Origin: Paraspadella gotoi
Taxonomy: Eukaryota > Animalia > Chaetognatha
Length of the DNA: 64,000 nucleotides
Assembly (NCBI GenBank): GCA_051294375.1
Contig: CM119270.1
Coordinates: 1,772,091-1,836,090, forward strand
Direction of reading: 5' to 3'
A program made the position numbers and the translations under genes. Within the stretch, counting starts at the first letter, position 1; every line of letters begins with the position of its first letter. Shown here piece by piece: positions 1 through 13,534 of the stretch. Under the pieces are notes generated by a model. It was not told the DNA's origin and did not search any database. It was given only the letters and a program-made list of their open reading frames with translations.

Positions 1-4
1 TATA

Positions 5-268
5 TGTGGATAAGGCGCTAAGTGGGCTGAAGATGATTATCCGTAACTTCTATAACCCCCTTTAGTAGCCATGGAACGGGTCCTGGGCTTGGAACCAGGC
101 TTGAGGGGTTGCCACGCCCCCAAGGCGGCTTACGGCCGTCCTCACGCTTCCCACAGGGTAGGTACCGGGTTGGGATTGAACCCGGTACCTAGTGGTCATG
201 AGCTGATGGCTTTTCTCAATGAGCCACCGGCTTATAGGCGGGGTGAACCTAGGCAATGCCCGACTACA
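5..268 (-). mobile_element. Solo LTR / TRIM-like element, family A (tRNA-like Pol III boxes plus twister-like motif), copy 1
   Basis: Termini TGTGGATA...GACTACA, flanked by TATA (1-4) and TATA (269-272). The minus strand has A-box-like TGGCTCATTGAG and B-box GGTTCAATCCC. Near-identical copies at 1904-2169 and 32106-32384. Confidence 0.75.
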
Positions 269-669
269 TATATACATGTTATAACGTAACTTGGACGGAC
301 GGACCAATCAATCGATAAACTGACCGACCATTGGACACGAAAGTGATTTAAAGAGTTACTTCGCGAGGACTCGCCCTGCAACTAAAAACCCCCGGTTAAT
401 CGTCGATACGTGATCCATTTATTCCAATATATTCACGGTTTACAATAAGGAATTCGCCCGTACATTCTTCACGACTGTGAAGGTCATAAAAAGAGATAAA
501 CTCTCGGGTCGTTATTTCCGGTGCCCGTTGTACGAACTCGGGAGTCGTTATAAGAAAAAAAAAGAGAAAGTCGTGTATTTGTTATTCATTGCTCGTCGCT
601 GTTAGAGGGGGACAGACGGAGTGAGCAGATATTGCATTACAGGAAGAGAGAGAGAGAGAGAGAGAGACC

Positions 670-712
<43 letters not shown>

Positions 713-1639
713 AGGAGAGAGTGACAAGGAAAGAAAAAAAGAAGAGAGAGAGCGTATAATAAAAAAGATAAGCCTTATCACAACACAGCGAGCAGTCAAG
801 CAACCTTGGCCGCCGAATAAACGATCAAGTTTAACATACCTCTTTGCCTCACCTAAGAAAATAGGGTTAGGAAAATCCTTTTTAACTTATTTTTTTTGCT
901 TTTCTTTTACTTTTTTTACTTTTTTTTTCTAATTTTTTTTTTTTATGAAAATTTGCAAAATTACTTGTTTCACTATTTTCTATTTTATTTATTTTATAAA
1001 GGTTTTACTATTTACTTTAAATAATTTAATTATAAATTTATTTCTCTTTTCATTTTTTTTCTTTTCATTAAATCTAATAATTCATTTTTGGGAGGGGGAG
1101 GTCAGTGTTGTGTTCTGGAAATAGAGAGAGTGTGGCGGTATATTCACACCGCCTCACGTCCACCATNNNNNNNNNNNNNNNNNNNNNNNNNAAAATCGTT
1201 TTTTAAATTTCCCCCAGATTCGATTTTTAAATCTTCATTAAATCTTCTATTCGCACAAACTTCACCCAAAATCTTTTCATAAATCTTCTCTCTTCGACCA
1301 AACATTACGAAAAAATGATTAAGATGTTCAAAGAAAAAGGGAGGGAATCTTTTGGCGAAGGAAGCGTTTAAAGAAAAATACAGGACTGGATGTTTCGCTG
1401 ACTTAATATTATAATCATAAAAAATTATGAGGCCAAAACTTTTGACAAAACCTCATCGTGGGAATGTTATTACGAATCTTTTTAATATTTGACAAGGAGG
1501 GATAATGATGGCTCGATCCTTATATCAATTAAAATCGAAATTAAGTGTGAGAAAAGAAAATCTAGAAATTGAAATCTGTAAATGAAGGAGAAAAAAAAAG
1601 GGTAATTTCTATGTATTAACTTAACTTAACTTTGTTTTT

Positions 1640-1714
1640 AAGTGATCACAAGCAAAAGTGATCACATTCAAAAGTGATCACATTCAAAAGCGATCACATT
1701 CAAAAGTGGATCAC
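1640..1714. repeat. 16-bp tandem repeat (AAAGTGATCACATTCA)
   Basis: About 4-5 adjacent copies visible. Confidence 0.8.
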
Positions 1715-1903
1715 GTGATTAAGTAAGTATGTAAAATTTTCATCCAGCCTTCCAAGTATTAACTTGAATGACTCCGTATTATTTAGTTATTTATATAAAC
1801 ATTTTGCGTTATACAATTTAAATTCTCAGTAATTACATATGAAACATATGCGCAATGAAAGTTTCTTGATATAGCGGATTTGTCAGTTTTTAAACAAGTT
1901 ATA

Positions 1904-2169
1904 TGTGGATAAGGCGCTAAGTGGGCTGAAGATGATTATCCGTAACTTCTATAACCCCCTTTAGTAGCCATGGAACGGGTCCTGGGCTTGGAACCAGGCT
2001 TGAGGGGTTGCCACGCCCCAAGGCGGCTTACGGCCGTCCTCACGCTTCCACAGCGGTAGGTACCGGTTGGGATTGAACCCGGTACCTAGGTGGTCATGAG
2101 CTGATTGGCTTTTCTCAATGAGCCACACCGGCTTATAGGCGGGGTGAACCTAGGCAATGCCCGACTACA
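1904..2169 (-). mobile_element. Solo LTR family A, copy 2 (same locus as copy 1, duplicated)
   Basis: TG...CA ends with TATA TSD (1900-1903 and 2170-2173). Inserted into a HINE-like element whose GACC/GACG repeat end continues to ~2287. Confidence 0.75.
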
Positions 2170-2583
2170 TATATACATGTTATAACGTAACTTGGACGGA
2201 CGGACCAATCAATCGATAAACTGACCGACCATTGGACACGAAATGATTTAAAGAGTTACTTCGCGAGGACTCGCCCTGCAACTAAAACCCCCGGTTAATC
2301 GTCGATACGTGATCCATTTATTCCAATATATTCACGGTTTACAATAAGGAATTCGCCCGTACATCTTCACGACTGTGAAGGTCATAAAAAGAGATAAACT
2401 CTCGGGTCGTTATTTCCGGTGCCCGTTGTACGAACTCGGAGTCGTTATAAGAAAAAAAAAGAGAAAGTCGTGTATTGTTATTCATTGCTCGTCGCTGTTA
2501 GAGGGGGACAGACGGAGTGAGCAGATATTGCATAAGGGGGTAAAAAGAGAGCGAGATAGAAAAAAGAGAAGGAGGAGAAGTAG

Positions 2584-2621
<38 letters not shown>

Positions 2622-2867
2622 TAAGAACAAGAACAATATGTCCTGATAGAAAGAGAAATTGTTCTAATTTTTTTTTTTTTTATGAAAATTTGCAAAATTA
2701 TTTGTTTCACTATTTTCTATTTTATTTATTTTATAAAGGTTTTACTATTTACTTTAAATAATTTAATTATAAATTTATTTCTCTTTTCATTTTTTTTCTT
2801 TTCATTAAATCTAATAATTCATTTTTGGGAGGGGGAGGTCAGTGTTGTGTTCTGGAAATAGAGAGAG

Positions 2868-3118
2868 TGTGGCGTATATTCACACCGCCTCACGTCCACC
2901 ATCCTTCAGCCAAATCCATTGGCTCAGAGGGGGAACACACCATCCCAGGCGTAGTGTTCCATCCACAGTCCTACGACTTCCCTCTGCGTTGGCAAAGCGA
3001 GACCGTCCTAGGGTAACCGCGCCAGTGACTGGAGGCGTCACTGAGGTCGAAGCCCCCAAAGCCAACAGGGAGATGCCCCATCCCAATGGCATCATCAGGC
3101 AACCCGGCTGTTGCCATA
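2868..3118 (-). mobile_element. Solo LTR-like element, family B, with 5S rRNA-like segment
   Basis: Ends TGTGGCG...TGCCATA (imperfect inverted termini), flanked by AGAG (2864-2867 and 3119-3122). GC-rich, with several hairpins. Minus-strand AGGACTGTGGATGGAACACTACGCCTGGGA resembles the 5S rRNA C-box region AGTACTTGGATGGGAGACCGCCTGGGA. Confidence 0.5.
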
Positions 3119-3367
3119 AGAGCATCTATTCAAAACAAGGTTAGATTACAATCTGTCCTAGTTTACTAATATATATCACACATCATTTCTTTTAGAAAGT
3201 CATTAATGAAAAATCATAATATCTTAGAGGCTGAACAGAAAGGATAAGTTTTTTTTGGGGGGGGGATATAATTTTAATGATTCTTGTTAAAACTATATTT
3301 GTTCTATCTGTTTGACGTTCTGTCTGATTCTGGCTACCTCTCTTTCCATTTTTCTTCTAATTTTTCC

Positions 3368-3421
<54 letters not shown>

Positions 3422-3665
3422 GTTTCCCTTCTCTTTCAATTTCGCTCAAAATCAGCGAATCTCGATTCTCGATCGACTTTTGCCGCCGGAAAATCGTTTC
3501 CAGGGATTTTTGGATCCAATCAATCGGACGATCAGTCTCGGCCAATCATTCGGCCATTCGGTCGAATAATCTACCAATCAACCAATAAAATAATAGACGA
3601 CCATGATAGCTGTCACTAAGTCAGTTAAGCCTGACGTCCGCGCAATCAGTCAAAATTTCGTTTTA

Positions 3666-3776
3666 TCAACTAATCAAACAATCAGACAATTCAGAGGCCG
3701 GTCGAGTCGAGGACTTGGACTGCCCTCGCCCGCCGCCGCACGGCCGAAGCCGCCGCCGCCGCAGCCGCCGTCTCCC
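3666..3776 (-). CDS. Possible terminal exon of an unidentified gene
   Basis: GC-rich island after the acceptor ctcctttcgccag. Frame 0 reads GRRRLRRRRLRPCGGGRGQSKSSTRPASELSDCLIS*; another frame reads ETAAAAAAASAVRRRARAVQVLDSTGL*. No recognisable homology. Confidence 0.25.
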   Translation of the reverse strand, partial: GRRRLRRRRLRPCGGGRGQSKSSTRPASELSDCLIS

Positions 3777-4357
3777 CTGGCGAAAGGAGATGAAGAAAAA
3801 CTTGATTAGATTTTTGGTGAATTTTCAATCAAAGTCAGAAATTGATTCTGCGTCGAGAGGAAATCAGAGAGACTTTGATGAACTCCTTCCGGCGTCCGTT
3901 TGGAAACTGCACGGGGTTTGACAATGAGTCTCAAACCCCGAAACCATGGTCTTTGTTCGCTTCTGAAAAAAAGATGTTAGTTAAAACTGATTGGAAAGAC
4001 TGACTTCAATGAACTGGCGAATATTTAAATTTATTTTCAATTAAATGTGTGACAACTTACTTTTCGGTTTTCTCAGCTCACATACATAATTTACTATTAC
4101 TTTGCGAAAGGTAGAATAGCTTTTGTACAAAAAATAATTTTCGAACACTTCTGGCTAGAGTAAATAAGAAACTTGATAAAAATGAGATACGACCAAGTTT
4201 AGAGTAATAAATAAGTTTAGAGGAATAAATAAAAAAAAAATATCGACATTTTATTTTTAAAACGAAAGTCGTCCCATGAAACTGAATAAGTCTCATGAGC
4301 TCATCCATTAAATTCGTCAATAAAAGTTTAATCCTTCAAATTTTTAAGAAATCTTCG

Positions 4358-4399
<42 letters not shown>

Positions 4400-5630
4400 T
4401 TTGCCTCATTTCTAAGTCATAGCTTTTGCATTCCCACGTTTCCTTAATGTGATTGCATTCGACATAGTTGAATTTTAATAATTGAGTCGAGTTTAAGCCA
4501 CAATTTTTGAGGAAATCTCAATATTAAAGAGATGAGAGGAGAGAAATAAAAAAAAAAAATTAAAAAGTACATTGAAACAAAAACAAGTGAAAATAGAAGA
4601 GAATAATAAAAGGAGCCCAGATCTTGGTTATTAATATTATTAGTAGAAAAGAAAAGAAAATCGCTGACCGAATTCTTAAAAAATTCAAATTCTCGATAAA
4701 AAATCGTTTTGCTCTCTCTGTTCTTACGCCAATCGCAAAACGTTACACCTTTTTTGGAATTAGTTATAAAATTATTTACTTTACAAATGTAAACCAAATA
4801 TAAAAATGAATGCCACATTGTACAATTAGCCATTTGGATTCCATTCGCTTTTCTGATTTCAATTAATCGATTCCTCTCATTTTTATCTCGACAACTTTCA
4901 CTAAGGTAAGAAAAAGAAAATATGAAAAAAAAGGGGAAAAAAAGTGAACAACTATTGGATTCGCGATGAAAAAAAAATGAAGAGGAAATGAGAAAAGATG
5001 TTTCTTTTAGTGAGAAAATGGAAAAATTAGCAGAAGAAGAAAAAGATACTGAATCAAAGGGGAACGATAACAACAACGACAACAAAGAGAGAGAAAATAA
5101 AAATGGCGAACGAAATGAGATTAATCGATGAATGAGATGAATGAATTAATGAAATTAATGAATGAGTTGAATGGAATGAATGAATCAGAAGCACAAATTG
5201 AATCGGCTAATTTTTACAATGTGGCATTTATTTTATTTTTTATACAGGGAGAATAAAAAAATACAAATTTGGTTTACATTTGCAAAGAAAAGTATATAAA
5301 TATTAATACTACTTCTTAATAAGATAAAGAGTTTCGACCGGCGAAACAACTTCTTGGCAAAACATTCCTGATGAAAACAAATAGCAATATTATCATATTT
5401 TCTTTTTAATAATTATTATAATCACCTTTTTTAGCCACACTCACGATTGGGTCACGGGTCAGGTCACGGGTCACGTCGCTGATCACTTCGATGGGTCAGA
5501 GGTCAACATTGATGACGTCACGAGTCGAAGATTTGACTTTTTCCTTCGAGACTAAATATCATTCGGTGCGAGAGAGAGAGAGACAAGAGAGAGAGACTAG
5601 AAGGAGAGATGAGAGAGAGAGAGAGAGCGC

Positions 5631-5661
<31 letters not shown>

Positions 5662-6214
5662 CAGAGGTTTCTTCTTTTGACGTCAACGAATGACGTGCAT
5701 CAGATGACGTCAAAATTGACGTCTCTGGCTAAGGTCGGACGAAAAATTGACGTCACGACTTCCACTTTTTTTTCGATTCGAAGGTCAAGATGACGTCACC
5801 GATTCAAAGTCAAAGAGTCTGACTTGTTCTTGTTCTTGTCCTTGTTTTTGTTGATGTTCTGTTTCTGTTTTATGGGTTTTGTTATTATTGTCTCTTTTTT
5901 TTGCGCATTATTTTTACGCCATCAACATCGGTAAAAGTCACTTGCGTCATTTACGCCAATCAAAAGTTCAAAAGAGAGAGAGAGACAGAAAAGAATGAAA
6001 AGAGAGAGGAGAGAGAGAGAGAGAAGAGATGAGAGAAGACCGAGAGAGAGAGAGATGAAAATATAAGAACAACAACACTAAAACAACAACCCTTGGAATG
6101 AAATAAGTTGAAGCTATGTGAAAAACCACGATGTATCTTCAAAGAAAATTCGATGCTGATAAATGCATTTGGCGGAATCCAAACCGATCTCGTCTCCTCT
6201 CTCTCTCTCTCTCT

Positions 6215-6287
<73 letters not shown>

Positions 6288-7939
6288 ATCAAAAAGTGAG
6301 AACTACAATCTTAAAAATACTTAACGCACACATACTGACCACCTCTCACACAACACACACAGCAGTCCCACTCACGTAACATTCACACACATCGATATCT
6401 ACTCTCACACAGCCACGCTCGCCACCAAGGCTTCTATCCTTCTCTCTCTCACCCCTCCTCCCCCAAGTCTTTTCCGCGCGGCAGCGACGACCGCAGAGTT
6501 CGCAACGACTGTTCGTCGCCCGCGGCAGCTGCGGCAGCTGCGGCGGCGTCAGCGACCGCGATTCGCTGCCCGCAGCTGGTGAGACGAATCCAGCGCTGAG
6601 GATTTTATTTTAGTTCAGGTGAATTTCTTTTTCTCTTCTCTTTTTTTTATTTAATTTTTTTTATTTATTTCTTTTTTTCTTTCCTCCTCTTTCCTTTCCT
6701 CTCTTTCCTTTCCTCCCTTCTTTTTTCCTCCCCCTTCCTTTTTTCCCTTTTCCTTTTCTCTCTTTTTTTCTTTCTTTCTTTCTTTTCTTTCCTCCCTCTT
6801 TCCTTTTCTCTATTCTTCATTTCATCCCCCTTTCCTTTCCTCCCTTGCTTTCTTTTCTCCCTTCTTTCCTTTCCTCCCTCTTTTCCTTTATTTCTTCTTT
6901 CATTCATCCCCCTTCCTTTCTCCCTCTTTCCTTTTCTTTCTTCTTTCAATTTCATCCCCCTTTCCTTTCCTCCCTTTTTTCCTTTTCTACCTTCTTTCCT
7001 TTCCTCCCTATTTCCTTTATTTCTTCTTTCATTTCATCCCATTTCCTTTCCTCCCTTCTTTCCTTTCCTACCTTCTTCCTTTCCTCCCTTCTTTCCTTTC
7101 CCCTCTATCCATTCCTTCTTAGACTTCAGATTCGTTTTCACATTTCGCGGAAAAAATAAAATAAAATGTTTTTTACGAAAAAAAAAAAAAACAATTTATT
7201 TTTTTCGTCAGATATTTTTTTCTCTCCGGTTTTTATATTTATTTTTGTTTTTCATATTTATTTTTGTTTATTTTTCTTTGTTTTTTGAAATGGTCAAAAA
7301 ATTTAGTGTTTTAAATGTTATTGTGAAAAAAATCTCTTTGGTGCGTCAACAGTTGTGTGAATGAGTCCCTGTATTATTCGAGGCCGAGAGTCAAGTCTCC
7401 AGTTTTTTTCTTACCGTCACCGTTAGCGTACTGTTAAACTGTTACTGTTACTGTTACTGTTACCGTTAACAAATTCACTGATAGGAAAGCCAAGCACTGA
7501 GAATTACTAAACTACTGTTGAGAGGTCCTGTTATGTAATTATTATAAGAAGGACGGAGTCCTTAAACCACAACCGGCCGTCCCAAGTCAGGAGCGAGACA
7601 GCTTATTTATTAATGAACTGTATAATGGTTTTTTTTGTTGTTTTTTTTCATAGATAACGAAGCTGGCACGAATATCCAACAAAAAGAATTCAACAAACAG
7701 TTATTCTAACGATTTTATTGTATCAATTTAACGAAGTTAATCTATTATTGAGGATAACGAGGTCTTAGTTTCGTTATAAGCGGGATTTCGAATTTGTTTT
7801 CGTTATTTGTTTGTTAAATTTCGTTTAGTTTAATGTTTTCTTTATTTTGTTTTTATTTTTTACTTAATGGAAAGGAGAGGGAGAGAATGGAGATTGATGG
7901 AATAGACGATGAAGCCATTAGAGGCGGAGTCTCTCTCTA

Positions 7940-7974
<35 letters not shown>

Positions 7975-8057
7975 TCTCTCTGTCTCTTCTCTCTTTCTCT
8001 CTCTCTCTCTCTTCTCCTCTATGTCTCTCTCTCTCCTCTTTTCTCTCCCTCTCTCTC

Positions 8058-8109
<52 letters not shown>

Positions 8110-8123
8110 TCTCTCTTTTCTCT

Positions 8124-8186
<63 letters not shown>

Positions 8187-8210
8187 TTCTCTCTCTCTTC
8201 TCTCTCTCTC

Positions 8211-8275
<65 letters not shown>

Positions 8276-8319
8276 TTCTCTCTCTTCTCTCTCTCTCCTC
8301 TCTCTCTCTCCTCTCTCTC

Positions 8320-8350
<31 letters not shown>

Positions 8351-9291
8351 CTCTTTCTCCCATCGCTCTCTCTCTCTAAAAACCCCGGATATTCGATTTT
8401 AATTAGGTTGAAAAATGGTAGGGCGCCCGAACTAACGAGTCAAACATCAGACGAACGATGAAATTTTAATGAAGAAAAACAAAGGCACTTTTTAAATTTT
8501 ATTATTTCAAATAATTAAAATAAAAAATAACAATTAAACGTACGTAGAACCATGTATTATGAAAAAAAGAGTTTTAAACCTTTAATCTATATTCCAGTTT
8601 CAAGAAATTGACAAAAGGTTCTCGGTTACATCCAAACGAAGCCAGTATAAGCCAGGCTAACTCAGTTTTAAGTTAGGCCCAGTCTAGAACTGAGTCAGTA
8701 TAAAATTAAACGATATAATTATACAAGTTTATACAAATCTAGATACTATATTTATACAAGTCCAAGGCAGTTTGCACGCTTCGCGAAGAATAAGTCCGTC
8801 TAAAATTAAGACTGCCTCAATGATCTTTCAACACCCGCCAAGAGACTCTCTAAAGTCAGTCAAAGTTAGTCCAAAGTCAAGCCAGTCCAAGTCAGTTTTC
8901 TAAGTTTAACCCCTTACCTGCTTTTGACTGTATACTCCCCCCTAATTATTAAAAAAAACGTTTTAGATATTTTCATTCATGTTTAGATTTTAACAGAATT
9001 AATGTCTTTAGAATTTTCCTTTTGATATCGCTTATTAAATCGTCAACTTAATTGTCACAAACTGAATATTTTATTCATTCTCTTTCCTTTAAAACCCTTA
9101 AAACATCAACTAACCTCGCCATTCCATCCTCACACGTACTCACCCTTCCCCTCACTCGCAACACTTTCACTTACCCCTCCGATTCTCGACATCCCAGGTT
9201 CAACTTCCTTCGCCCAAATTTTGTCCACAGACTCATTTTTCTCGACTTTTTATCCTTCGCTGTTGGGGTCGCGATGATAATATTATGCATA

Positions 9292-9383
<92 letters not shown>

Positions 9384-10143
9384 CTCTCTAGCGCTACATT
9401 CGCGCCCACCTTAGGGCCAAAGTGTTGCGTCCTTGACAGCGATGGAGAGATGACGTCTCGTTAGAAAGGAGGCAAGAAATCTCGATCAAGAAAGAAAGGA
9501 AAAAAGGGAGGAAAGGAAAGAAATAAAAAGAAAGAAAACTTGATTAAGAAGAAAGGAAGAAAGGGAGGAAAGGAAAGAATGAAAGAAATAAAAAAGGAAA
9601 GAAGTTTCGATTAAGAAAGAAAAGAGGAAAGAAAAGAAGGAATAAATAAAAAGGAAAGAAAACTTGATTAAGAAAGAAAGGAAGAAAGGGAGGAAAGGAA
9701 AGAATGAAAGAAATAAAAAGGAAAGAAATTTCGATTAAGAAAGAAAAGAGGAAAGAAAAGAAGGAAATAAATAAAAAGGAAAGAACTTTATTAAGAAAGA
9801 AAGGAAGAAAGGGAGGAAAGGAAAGAAATAAAAGAAAAGAAATTCAATTAAGAAAGAAAGGAGGAAAGGGAGAAAAGCGAAAAAAGAATAACTTGAATAA
9901 AAAAAGAGTAGAGTCCAGTCAGAAAAAAAAGCCAAAAAAAAGTAAAAGAAAAAAGATTATAAAACTATTAAAAATCAAAAAAGCAAATAAAAAAGGGAAA
10001 GAAAAAAACATTAAAAACCTTTTGAAAAGAAAGTTTTTTATTGAAAAATCGTTAGGGAAGAAATTATCGGTTTTTAGGGTTAAACGCAAAAAGTTTTCTT
10101 TAAATTTGCTTTTGAACAATTTTTTTTAGCTCTCCCTCCCTCC

Positions 10144-10240
<97 letters not shown>

Positions 10241-11665
10241 TCGCTTCACGCCCACGTAATCATCTTAAAATGAATAAAGAAAAAAAATCCTAAAATAACG
10301 AATTTATTTTTTAAGTAAAGGTGTTTTGCCTTTCGTTGTTCTCAATAAAACGATTACTCGTAATTATAGAATTTGATGCCTTTTTTTTTCAATTTAAATC
10401 ATTGAAACTCTAACAATATTAAATCAAATGCGCCCGAAGACGAGAGAAAAATTAATTCAGACAATTTTTTTTTTCTTTCTTTCTGATAATCGTCGTTTAA
10501 ATTTGATTTTTTTAATTCCCTAAAAATCCAAAATGGTTTTGTTCGCCAGAGAAAAAGGAGAGAATATTAATTAAGAACGCAGAAGGGATGTTGTCCTGTT
10601 TTTCGTTTGGAAAACCAGATGCTATTCATTGCAATCGATGGCAACGACAACGCATTGCATCTCATTGTGTTTAAGGGTTTTGAAGCACTTGGTATTTTTT
10701 TCGAAAGGTCAATTATTGAAATTACGAAATTAAGATTCAAACTATTTTAACTATTAAGTGTTGTACGGCACATTGCGGAAATAACGAAACAACAAATATT
10801 TACCAACTTAATACAAACACGAACGAACAAAAAAAACAAAAAGAACGCACCAAAAAAAGGAACAGAAAGGAACAGAAACGAACAAAAGGAACAGAAACGA
10901 ACAGAAACGAACGGAGTAAAAAAATGAAAGAATAGGAAGGAAACTACGTCGTACGAATCCATCTTTTCGCTGAAAAGAGAAAAAGAGAAAAAATCCGACA
11001 AAAATGGTCGCTGGGTCGTTTGGTCGTTTGGTCGTTGTTGTTGTCGTCCGTCGTCGTCATCGTCGTCGAAGCCACCGTTTAGATCCTCGTAACATCGTCG
11101 TTGTCATTGTTCCTCTCGTCCATTCAGATTCGTAGTTGTCGTTATTATCGTTGTCGTCGTTATATTTCATAATTTTCACTGCCTTCGTCGTCATTGTCGG
11201 TTTCATCGTTTGAACCTTGTCGACAATTCCGTTGTCATTTCTCTGTTCGTCGTCATTGTCGTCCTCGTCGTATTATCGTTGTCGTTGTTGTCATCATCAT
11301 TAGTGACCTCGTCATCAATGTCATCGTCGTCGGTCGTCGTCGTCGTCCACGGTTCCATCGTCTGCTAGTCTCGATGGAATTCCGGCAAAAACGAGAGGAG
11401 GAGAAATGGCAGAATCTCTGAGCGCAAATCCGAGGGATTTCTCGTTCGGCGCCTTATCGGCCGTTTCCGGTGGTTGGTGCCCGGATTAGAATCGCCCAAT
11501 GGAATCGGCAGATGGAAAACGGCGGATGGAAGATGGAATTGTGAGATGGAATTGTGAGATGGAATGAAGATTTCAGATTCCACAACTCCGTTGAAACTCG
11601 CTCCCAGTTTTATTGGACTCACGATTCGTCGTTCCTGCCACTTATTGGATGCGAATTGCAGAAAG

Positions 11666-11750
<85 letters not shown>

Positions 11751-12307
11751 TTCGGTCTACTGGCCAGTCTCAGTCTTAGAAACTATCTGTGTCAACTGGT
11801 CCTTTCGTCACAAGATGTAATTCTTCGTTGGATCGAGGAGAGACGTTTCTTTCACATAATTCGCGTGATACGTGAGGCGACGACCACAGAGAGAAAAGCG
11901 TGAATTGGTTGTGGTTAAAGTGATCATCACCGAAGGACGTTTAAGTCGTGAGGGAATGGGGAAGTGAAGGGAGGGTGAGGGGGCGAAGGGGAAAAGAAAG
12001 GGATGCATCTGGATCCAAAGCTAAATGATATACGGATGGAAATCTTTTCTGTAGAAGAAGGAGGGAGAGAAGAGACAAAGCCGGTTCCATTTGCAAGGTT
12101 AAAAAGGATTGAAAGAAATAGCGGGAAAAAAAGAAAAAAAAGCTCTGAAAAAAAGGAAAAAAACAACTGAAGAATGAACAGATTTGCCCTTTAATATAAA
12201 AAAATATTAAAACTAAAATGACTACATAAAATGAAAGAAACGGAGTATGAAAAGAAATAAGGAGAGAAGATAATCAACGACAGAGAGAGAAAGACGAGAG
12301 AGAGATA

Positions 12308-12388
<81 letters not shown>

Positions 12389-12924
12389 TAAATCGGGTAC
12401 AAAGTAACAACAATGATTTTTTTACCTTATTTCTATCAATCACGAATATATTAATTTAAAATAAATGACCTCAATTAAATTCAGATAACTTAAATCTCAG
12501 AAATTGTTCTTTTTTCTTTCGTTGAGGAACCTGTTTGACCGTAACGACGACGACAACGACGAAACGACGACAATGACGACGACGACGACGACGACGAAGA
12601 CCCCAAATCGCTGACTATTTTTGTCAAAGTGTCCATTTGTTGATCAAAATGGATCTTTGCTTCCACCGTCTTTTTCGGCTTTATTCGACCATTCTCCTCT
12701 TCCTCTTCCTCTTCCTCTCCTCCTCTTCCTCTCCCCCCAATATCCACTTCTTCACATTACACCGTCAAAATATGGGCCAACCGCCTTTTATTTATTCTTC
12801 TTTTATTTCCCGCTCATTTCTTTCGGGTTCGCTCTAGATAATATAAGTGTTGATATAAAAAAAATGTTTATTTTGTTTAATTATGNNNNNNNNNNNNNNN
12901 NNNNNNNNNNAGAGGTTTCTTCTT

Positions 12925-13044
12925 TGACGTCAACGAATGACGTCATCAGATGACGTCAAAATTGACGTCACTGGCTAAGGTCGAGGACAAAATTGACGTC
13001 ACGACTTCCACTTTTTTTTCGATCGAAGGTCAAAGATGACGTCA
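12925..13044. promoter_or_regulatory. Cluster of TGACGTCA (CRE-like) palindromes
   Basis: Six TGACGTCA octamers in 120 bp; the duplicate cluster lies within 5513-5798. Function is inferred only. Confidence 0.35.
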
Positions 13045-13435
13045 CCGATTCAAAGTCAAAAGAGTCGTGACTTGTTCTTGTTCTTGTCCTTGTTTTTGTT
13101 GATGTTTCTGTTCTTGTTTTATGGGTTTTTTGTTATTATTGTCTCTTTTTTTGGCGCATTATTTTTACGCCATCAACATCGGTAAGTCACTTGCGTCATT
13201 ACGCCAATAAAAGTTCAAAAGAGAGAGAGAGACAGAAAGAGAGATGAAGAGAGAAGAGCGAGAGAGAGGAGAGAGAGAGTGAGAGGACCGAGTAGAGAGA
13301 GATGAAAATATAAGAACAACAACAATAAAACAACAACCCTTGGAATGAAATAAGTTGAAGCTATGTGAAAAACCACCGATGTATCTTCAAAGAAACATTC
13401 GAATGCTGATAAAGCATTTGGCGTGAATCCAAACC

Positions 13436-13534
<99 letters not shown>

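Larger units (their letters stand above)
1..2902. repeat. Tandem duplication 1-1166 / 1900-2902 next to a 25-N gap
   Basis: Near-identical sequence with small indels. Copy 1 stops at the 25-N gap (1167-1191). The internal segments ~632-935 and ~2531-2675 differ. Confidence 0.85.

Noticed and set aside
158-232. Functional tRNA gene
   Set aside because: A/B boxes are present but there is no proper cloverleaf acceptor or anticodon stem; it is part of a repeated LTR-like element.
3072-3116. Hammerhead on the minus strand (stem-CTGATGA-stem)
   Set aside because: The GAAA strand and NUH cleavage triplet are absent.
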